Shown piece by piece: positions 56,101 to 64,000 of a stretch of 64,000 bases of DNA. The stretch comes from the human T2T-CHM13v2.0 reference genome, Homo sapiens. Made by a program: the position numbers and the translations under genes. The stretch lies in assembly GCF_009914755.1 (NCBI RefSeq), contig NC_060945.1, one strand, 5' to 3'. The notes below the pieces were generated by a model. That model was not told the DNA's origin. It made no database searches and was given only the letters and a program-made list of their open reading frames with translations. Each line of letters begins with the position of its first letter. Position 1 is the first letter of the stretch.

Positions 56101-57373
56101 TGAGGAGATGAGCATAAAGGCACTTTTACGAGTATTCATTATTCCTGGAGCTACTTACATTGATAACTAGAAAGCAAACCACAACAAGCCAAGCTTCCAA
56201 TGGGAAGCAACCAAGGTAACCCACATTTCAATATCACTGTCCAGCTAAAAAAAATCCCAGAAACTGACTAGATATTGTTCTATGTCAAAAGAAGTGAGGA
56301 CTCCTTCTTGTCTCTATTATGACATGGAATTGTGTCTCAGTTTATTTCAGGGGAGAAATAATTTAAAAATGAATAGCAGTGTGAGACTCAAAATGGGTGG
56401 GCCCCTGCAGGAGACCAGTGAGCAATTAGCCACATCCTGCATGGCCAGACTGAGTGACATGGACAACACAAGGGGACAAGTGAGAGACAGAGACAGGTAA
56501 CCACTCCCTGCCTTCATCCACCAGTCTGTGCTCTCAGGGAAATGCCCTCTCTGCCATGGGGATCGGGGTGCTGGCAAGGGGAAGCATGGCATTCCGAAGG
56601 TACAGATGGGACCCACCCCAAACTTCAATGATGCATCTTAAACCTGGACTGCCGTGCAGCCAGGAGGGCATCCGACTTGTCTAGGGCATTTTCTCTTCTT
56701 TCCCTGCAGAGTTAATGGGGCCAGGGGGGTCCAGCAATGGGATGGAAATGGATAGCAGCCATTAAATAGGTACAAGAAAGGGATGTCCGTGTTGGGAAGT
56801 CGGCTGCCTCTCTGAATCCTTTCTCTCAAAGAATGACGGTGTTACCTTGACACGATATGGACATCCTCCCAAGGCTTTGCACGCATGAATCTTTTAACAC
56901 GTTCTTCTCTCGCCGCAACCTTTTCCCGTTGTCACCCTCCTCCTCTCACAGGTCCCTCATCGTTATAAGTATTGCAATTCTGGAGCACTTGTGTGCCCTT
57001 CCAGCGGCTTCGGGGCTCCTCTCTCTTCCCTTACCTTCACACACCTCCCACCACTTTCTTTTTGAGCAAACACTACCTGTGGTTTTCTAGCAGTTTCCAC
57101 CATCCATTTAGGTACTCCAAAGTGTTGGGTTATTGTTTTAAATGCCTTCTTGAAATCAAGACCAAATTCCTTTCTGAGGTCAAAGCTCAGCTTTATTCTT
57201 GGCCACAGTGACCTAATACTCAGCAATCTTCTGCCCTCCATAAAAGCAAATGGCATGCACTAAATTGTGCTGCATGGTAGTAACCCTTCGCTGCTCCAGA
57301 ACTGCAGAAATGCTCAGCTGGGTTTACCTTCTTTTGGTCTGTTCTTACCTTAGCTTTTATAAGACACCAAGTA

Positions 57374-58023
57374 CAGTCACCCCTCAGTATCCATATGGGA
57401 TTGGTTCCAGGACCCTGAGGATTATCTGCAAATGCTCAAATCCCTTATACAAAATGGCACAGTATTTGCATATAACCTACACACATCTTCTATGCAGTCA
57501 AGTGTTACTTAACAACTGGGATGCTTCTGAGGGATTTATCGTTAGTTGGTTTTGTCAATGGATGAACATCACACTGTACTTACACAAACCTAGATGGTAT
57601 AGCCTACCACACAACTAAGTTGGATGGTACAGCCTATTGCTCCTAAGCTACAAACCTGTACAGCATGCTACTGTACTGAATGCTGTAGGCAACTGTAGGA
57701 AAATGCTTAAGTATTTGGGCATCTAAGCATACCTAAACATAGATAAAGTACAGAAAAAATAAGATAACATAATCTTAAGGGACCACCTTTATACATGCAG
57801 TCAGTTGTTGATCAAAAAGTCATTATGGGGTACACGACTTCACTTTAAATCATCTCTAGATTACTTGTAATGCCTAATACAATGTAAATGCTATGTAAAT
57901 ACTTGTTATACTATATATTTAAATTTTTAATTATTTTTTACTACGTCATTTTTTCTAAATATTTTTGATCTTCAGTTGATTGAATCCATGGATACAGAAC
58001 CCACAAATATGGAAAGCTGACTG
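57374..58023. mobile_element. MER2 (TcMar-Tigger) with nested Tigger3a-type element at ~57495-57840
   Basis: TA|CAGTCACCCCTCAGTATCCAT...ATGGAAAGCTGACTG|TA; insert contains ACACAAACCTAGATGGTATAGCCTAC and GCTACAAACCTGTACAGCATG. Confidence 0.85.
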
Positions 58024-58408
58024 TATATGCACTTTTTTAAGTTTGCATTCCCTGAAAATTCAGACACATTGCTTCTTTATATCACCTTCTATCTAATTCT
58101 TCTTTTAAGAAAATCTTTGTTCAACTAAAATGTAGGGTCTCCTGGAGATGTTAGAGGGCAGAAAAATATCTGAGTACTTTCAAAAGTACAGTAAAGTTTC
58201 ATTAGAAAACCTAAAACATCGTATGCATTCTTTTTATGAAAGGCAATATCGATGCTGATGTTCAAGTTTCTGTCTTGATATCAACACAAAAGTCTTGGAC
58301 TCATAGCTGGCAGAATAAATCAGACTGGTAAATGTGTTTTATTTAGCATACGCAGCCTTATTTTTTTCAGTGGATTTTTGACTGCCACCCTTAAAAACCT
58401 GATGGCCT

Positions 58409-58818
<410 letters not shown>

Positions 58819-59379
58819 TCAAATACAGAACCCATGCAACCCCTCAGGGTACTTTTCAATCCTTCATCAATCAACTTTTTAATAAATTAATACATTATTT
58901 GATGAACCAAAAAAATACATTTTTACTCATAAAGGGTTCTAATGTTCTAATTTTTCAATGTGCTTTTGTATACATTTTCTTAATTACCCCAACCATCTCC
59001 CAATCCAACGACTATACCTATTTGCTGTTTTTGATAGATGAGGAAACAGGGTTGGCTCCTTTGCAGACCTGGCATCTGACAGAAACCATGAGCATCCATC
59101 CAGGGCATTGAATGCTAACCTCATTCAAGCTTTCCAAGTCAAGGGCTGAAGAGCCATGAACCAACCCAACTGTTCACAAACAGTGCCCTTGTCCTGAAGA
59201 TTATGCCGTGTGGTTTAAGCACAAGAAACTACTAGCAGCAGCATCTTTAAATATTTACAAGCCTCTAATATATGTATGTGTTTATGTTTTGGTCAGTTTG
59301 TCTAATTGGTGGGAGCTTGGTTTTTATAAATTCAGGATGCCTTCAATGCATGGGCTTTTTATTCACATCAAGAATTAGA

Positions 59380-59495
59380 TATAGTCCCAGGTACTTGAGG
59401 GCTAGGGCAGGAGAATAGCCTGAACCCAGGAGCATGAGACTGCAGTGAGCTATGATCGTGCCACTGTTTGACAAAGTGAGACTCCAACTCTCTTA
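59380..59495 (+). mobile_element. AluJ/FRAM right-arm fragment
   Basis: TAGTCCCAGGTACTT...GACTGCAGTGAGCTATGATCGTGCCACTG. Confidence 0.75.
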
Positions 59496-59496
59496 A

Positions 59497-59875
59497 GCAC
59501 ACATACACTGTGGAATACTATGCAGCCGTAAAAAAGGATGAGTTAATGTCCTTTGCAGGGACAAGGATGAAGCTGGAAACCATCATTCTTAGCAAACTAA
59601 CACAAGAACAGAAAATCAAACACCACATGTTCTCATTCATAAGTGGGAGTTGAACAATAAGAACACATGGACACAGGGAGGGGAACGTCACACACTGGGG
59701 CATGTTGGGGGGTGGGGGGCTAGGGGAGGGATAGCATTAGAAGAAATACCTAATGTAGATGACAAGTCGATAGGTGCAGCAAACCACCATGGCACGTGTA
59801 TACCTATGTAACAAACGTGCATGTTCTGCACATGTATCCCAGAACTTAAATAAAAATATATAGAGAGAGAGAGAA
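59497..59875 (+). mobile_element. L1PA (PA7-PA8-like) 3' end
   Basis: TGGAATACTATGCAGCC...GGGAGGGATAGCATTAGAAGAAATACCTAATGTAGATGAC...CCCAGAACTTAAA. Confidence 0.92.
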
Positions 59876-61404
59876 ATATAGATAGGCATTTTTCAGCTAT
59901 AACCTTATCCAGCCTCTTTACCTAGTATGAATTATAATAATTATAGTAACCATTTCATTAATACTGAGCAGTAAGTGGAACAGATCCCACTAGAAAAAAA
60001 CTAAAAGAGAAGAAGACCAAAATTATACATTATAATGGCATCATTTCAGGAGCATCTGTAAGGAATAAGCCATTCACTAATGAGCATAAACCATATTTAT
60101 ACATTAATTCTCATCTTCAATGCACTGTTCTATTTTTTCTTTCAATATTTTATTTTTCCCTGGTCTTCCTTTACTCCTCAGCAGGACTCACTGGAAAAGG
60201 CATGTTCTTTGCTAAAACAAGGTCAATAATATTGTCATTTTCAACTGTGCTATCATTTTCACAGGTCCAAGTTGAAATGAAATCAATTATGAGAACAAAT
60301 AGCATAGTTCTATCACTAATGAATGGATTTAGCATTGTTTCCCATATTCCTACCACTTAAAATGGAAGAAACAGAGCAAATGTGGTGTACAGAAAGCTCA
60401 AATAGTCCATGCTAATGGTGGAAATGCTTAAGTATCATCTGTATACAGCTAATATAAACCAAAGTGGTTTATTGCCACGGTTTTGTGATTTATGACCCAC
60501 ATTATGACTTTATTTTGAAATGGTTGCATGAAATATTAATGTGTGGTGAAAGAACACACAACAAGGAGTAGAGATCACATTTTATCAGATGTACGGGTGC
60601 TCAGTGATTTCTTCCTCATAAGACACTGAGCTCCAATCTCAGGATCCTATTTGTTCCCTTACTGTAATCAGCCCCTCATAATCAAACTTTCCAAGGTGAG
60701 GCAGCTCTACTTTTGCTCCTAGATTATAGGTTATGTACCGTTAATTTTTAAAAGGATGGAATAGTTTATAACAAATGTGAATAATTTATAGCAAATGTTC
60801 TCAGCATTGATTAGTGTCCTTTTGAAAAAGAACGTCTTCTTGATATGCATCATTTCTCTAATGCCTTATGAAAAGTCAGAAAACCTGTTACTGCACTGCT
60901 TAATGGACAAATCAAGTTTAATTTTAATCATATATAATATGAAAGATAAGTCCCTATGTTTTTCCCTGTTTGGAATTTGCCAGGCATTAACACTAAGCAT
61001 TAGCTCAAAGCAATCTAAAGAGAAGTTAACAATAGGAGAGTTGCCTCTCCTTTGAAATTTACATTTTATCCGGGTTCTACAACTCTTGGATCTATGGTTT
61101 CTACAGTTGTTTACTGTGCTGCCTCTTAGGTCATTCCTCACCCCACTTCGCAAAGCTCCAATCTGGGGCCTTGTTTAAGTAACAGATTCTACAACAACAA
61201 CTTTACTGCACAGTAAATCAATTTACACTGAGTTCCTAACTTCATTTTAATTTGATCAACTATATCTGATGCATAAAAAACAGAATATCTTTTTGAATCA
61301 TCATGAAAGTTGTTTGATTTCTATTGTATTGAAGTCCCCAATCATAATTTTATTCTACTCTTATGTATTTTTAAATGTCAATTGCTATAAATAAAAATAA
61401 CATA

Positions 61405-61655
61405 AAATAATAGCTAATACTGCACTTTCTATGTGCATGATGTACACTGTCTAAGAGCTTTGCATATATTAACTTACTGTATTCTCTCAATAACCTGGAA
61501 ATAAGTACTGTTCTAATGCTTATTATACAAAGAGGAAACTGACGCACAGAATTGGTAAGCAACTTGCCCTGGTAACACCACCAGTAGCTGCAGAGCTGGA
61601 ATGAAGAACTGAGCTGGCTTGCCTTCAGAGTCCATGCTCTAACCACTATACTACC
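61405..61655 (-). mobile_element. MIR, near full length
   Basis: AATAATAGCTAA...GAGGAAACTGACGCACAG...AACTTGCCC..CAGAGTCCATGCTCTAACCACTA. Confidence 0.85.
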
Positions 61656-61939
61656 ATTTCTATTGTCCTTTGCCCAGAAACATTTGGTTTCAAAGTTCTT
61701 TGTAAAAAAAAAAAACAGAAAATGATAAAGATCTTATGATTTGGGATTGCAGGATACAAACCTAACTTTACAAAGATCCAGTGTTAATAATAGATGTGTC
61801 CTTCAATATCTATGGTCATCCAAATGGCAGAATGGCTCCTTCCATTCTCTGCAAGGGCTCCCTGAAGCAAATCCCCCTCCAAAATCCTCCCAGAATAGTA
61901 AAATGCAAAGCAAAGAGTACTTTGGTCAAGAAGAGCTTG

Positions 61940-62130
61940 CATATAATTCCAAACTAAACCACTTCCTACCTGGGTAATCCAGGGACTGTTATTGAACCTC
62001 TCTGAGCCAAGATTTTTATTTCCAAACTGAGATAATAACACTCACCAGTAGTACAGTTGTAATCATTAGAGATAATGTTTGTAAAGTGTTTGGCATCAAG
62101 TAGGCTTTCACTATGATATATAATAGCTGT
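61940..62130 (+). mobile_element. MIR
   Basis: GAACCTCTCTGAGCC...GAGATAATAACAC...GAGATAATGTTTGTAAAGTG..TGGCA. Confidence 0.7.
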
Positions 62131-63076
62131 TACCACTGTTTTTGTTCTATCATTGTTATTCTTTCTGCAAGCCTATCCTCGGAATGAGTCACTGCATGAA
62201 TGCAGGGAACGCAGCCTTTGGTAACATTAACCCTTAAGATCTTTAGCTAACTCCCCTTCCCCTTTCTAGGAGCACTCAAACTTTTCTTAGAATGTATTGA
62301 GTTAAATCCATATGCATTCTTAACCTCAAACAGCCAATGAGGAAATCTAGACTAGAGACACTGAAAATGCAGGGGAGGGTGTGACGGTTCCACATAAATA
62401 TCACTGCTAAGGAAAAGTCCTTTCAGGGAAAACACCTCACTCTCACCTGTGTGGTTCGATTGTAAATACCTGACCTCCAGGATTCCTTGTCTGTTAATGA
62501 TGAGTCTGTTCTTACTTGGGTAACGGCTTCACTGAAGAAACAGAACAAAAAGCAGGTAGGAAAGAACACAAGAATCCCTATGATTTGGGAAAAGATGACA
62601 AAGGGAAACAGACATGAGAGAGAAAGGAAGAAAGAAGAGAGAGGGAGAAAAACTGTCTTCCAGAGAGAAAGCAAATCGATAGTAGACACTCTGTGGGGAA
62701 TAACTGTGGTAGAAATAGAATGGAAACTGAGCCAGGGTCATTTATTGTTTTGTGCATTCTGTTATAGGAAAGAGCATGAATAACAAAGAAATCTGTCCAC
62801 AGACATGGAACACCCCCACGACAGAACAGGCCATTTCCAATGCTATGGGTTTGTTTTTTTTTTCTATTTTTACTTTCTAAAATGAAATAGCACAATACAT
62901 TCTAATGGCTGCTTAGGTTTGTAGCTTAGTTGTCACTGGACAAGAGGAGGAGGTCTAACTGCTCCTCCCAACCTCACCGGAGGTGGATGAAAATGCAGCC
63001 CTTTCTCTGCCTAAAGGCATCATTCTCAAATATGTGATTTTTAAAGTTGCCTCTATCTCCTAAGATACACTCATGA

Positions 63077-63568
<492 letters not shown>

Positions 63569-64000
63569 TAATCTTCCCCTGAGTACAGCTCAGAACCCAA
63601 CCCCTATGACAGGACTTCAGTCTAGCACCCTGCATCTCTCCTTTCAATGACCCAATTGCCTGGCTGAAATGAGTAAATGCCATAGGAATGAGATCTATAT
63701 CAATAACTATCAACGTATGCTCTATATTAAACATTCTTAAAAGCCAAAAGGACTATTTTGTAGGGGCTACCACACTAATTAGAAGGCAAGCTCTTTTTAA
63801 ATACAACCGCTCATGTATACTAAACACAATCACTCTCGAATACTGTTACACATACTGTGGTTCTAGTGTTGTTGACAAGTAGATTATTAAGTAAACCAGT
63901 TGATTCATGGATTACCCACGCACATTAAAAAGCGGAATTTGGCAAATGTAAACAAGCTATTTGGGCTTATCAAAGCTATGTTTAGACTATTGCTTTTTGG

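Noticed and set aside
56550-57020. CpG island promoter
   Set aside because: CpGs are only mildly enriched and GC is moderate; it does not look like an island.
59380-59875. Alu-L1 chimeric retrotranscript
   Set aside because: The Alu fragment is much more diverged than the L1PA; later L1 insertion at TT/AA in the Alu tail is simpler.

Overview
Primate, almost certainly human, genomic DNA (it carries an AluYb9-type insertion, a human-lineage subfamily). I find no supportable protein-coding exon, RNA gene, processed pseudogene or CpG island, and I cannot name the locus. The listed ORFs are short chance frames or Alu/L1/LTR/simple-repeat frames. The first ~41 kb is dense in interspersed repeats: four THE1 solo LTRs, MER21C, MER31, MER76, LTR40, MLT1, Alu, L1, L2, L3, MIR and MITEs, several of them nested. 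LTRs lie in both orientations, which weakly suggests intergenic DNA. From ~41 to 57 kb the sequence is repeat-poor and carries enhancer-like motif clusters. The most unusual signal is four separate 57-195 bp local duplications between 22.5 and 48.8 kb, each 0.7-4.5 kb from its donor and 88-96% identical to it. One is direct and lands inside a MER31 LTR. One is inverted. One sits with fold-back hairpins in the inversion junction of a twin-primed L1PB. One is bracketed by a 24-bp duplication. Together they look like a fossil record of repeated templated-insertion break repair, not a new gene system. Repeat subfamily names come from recalled consensus features and need RepeatMasker confirmation; boundaries of old repeats are approximate.
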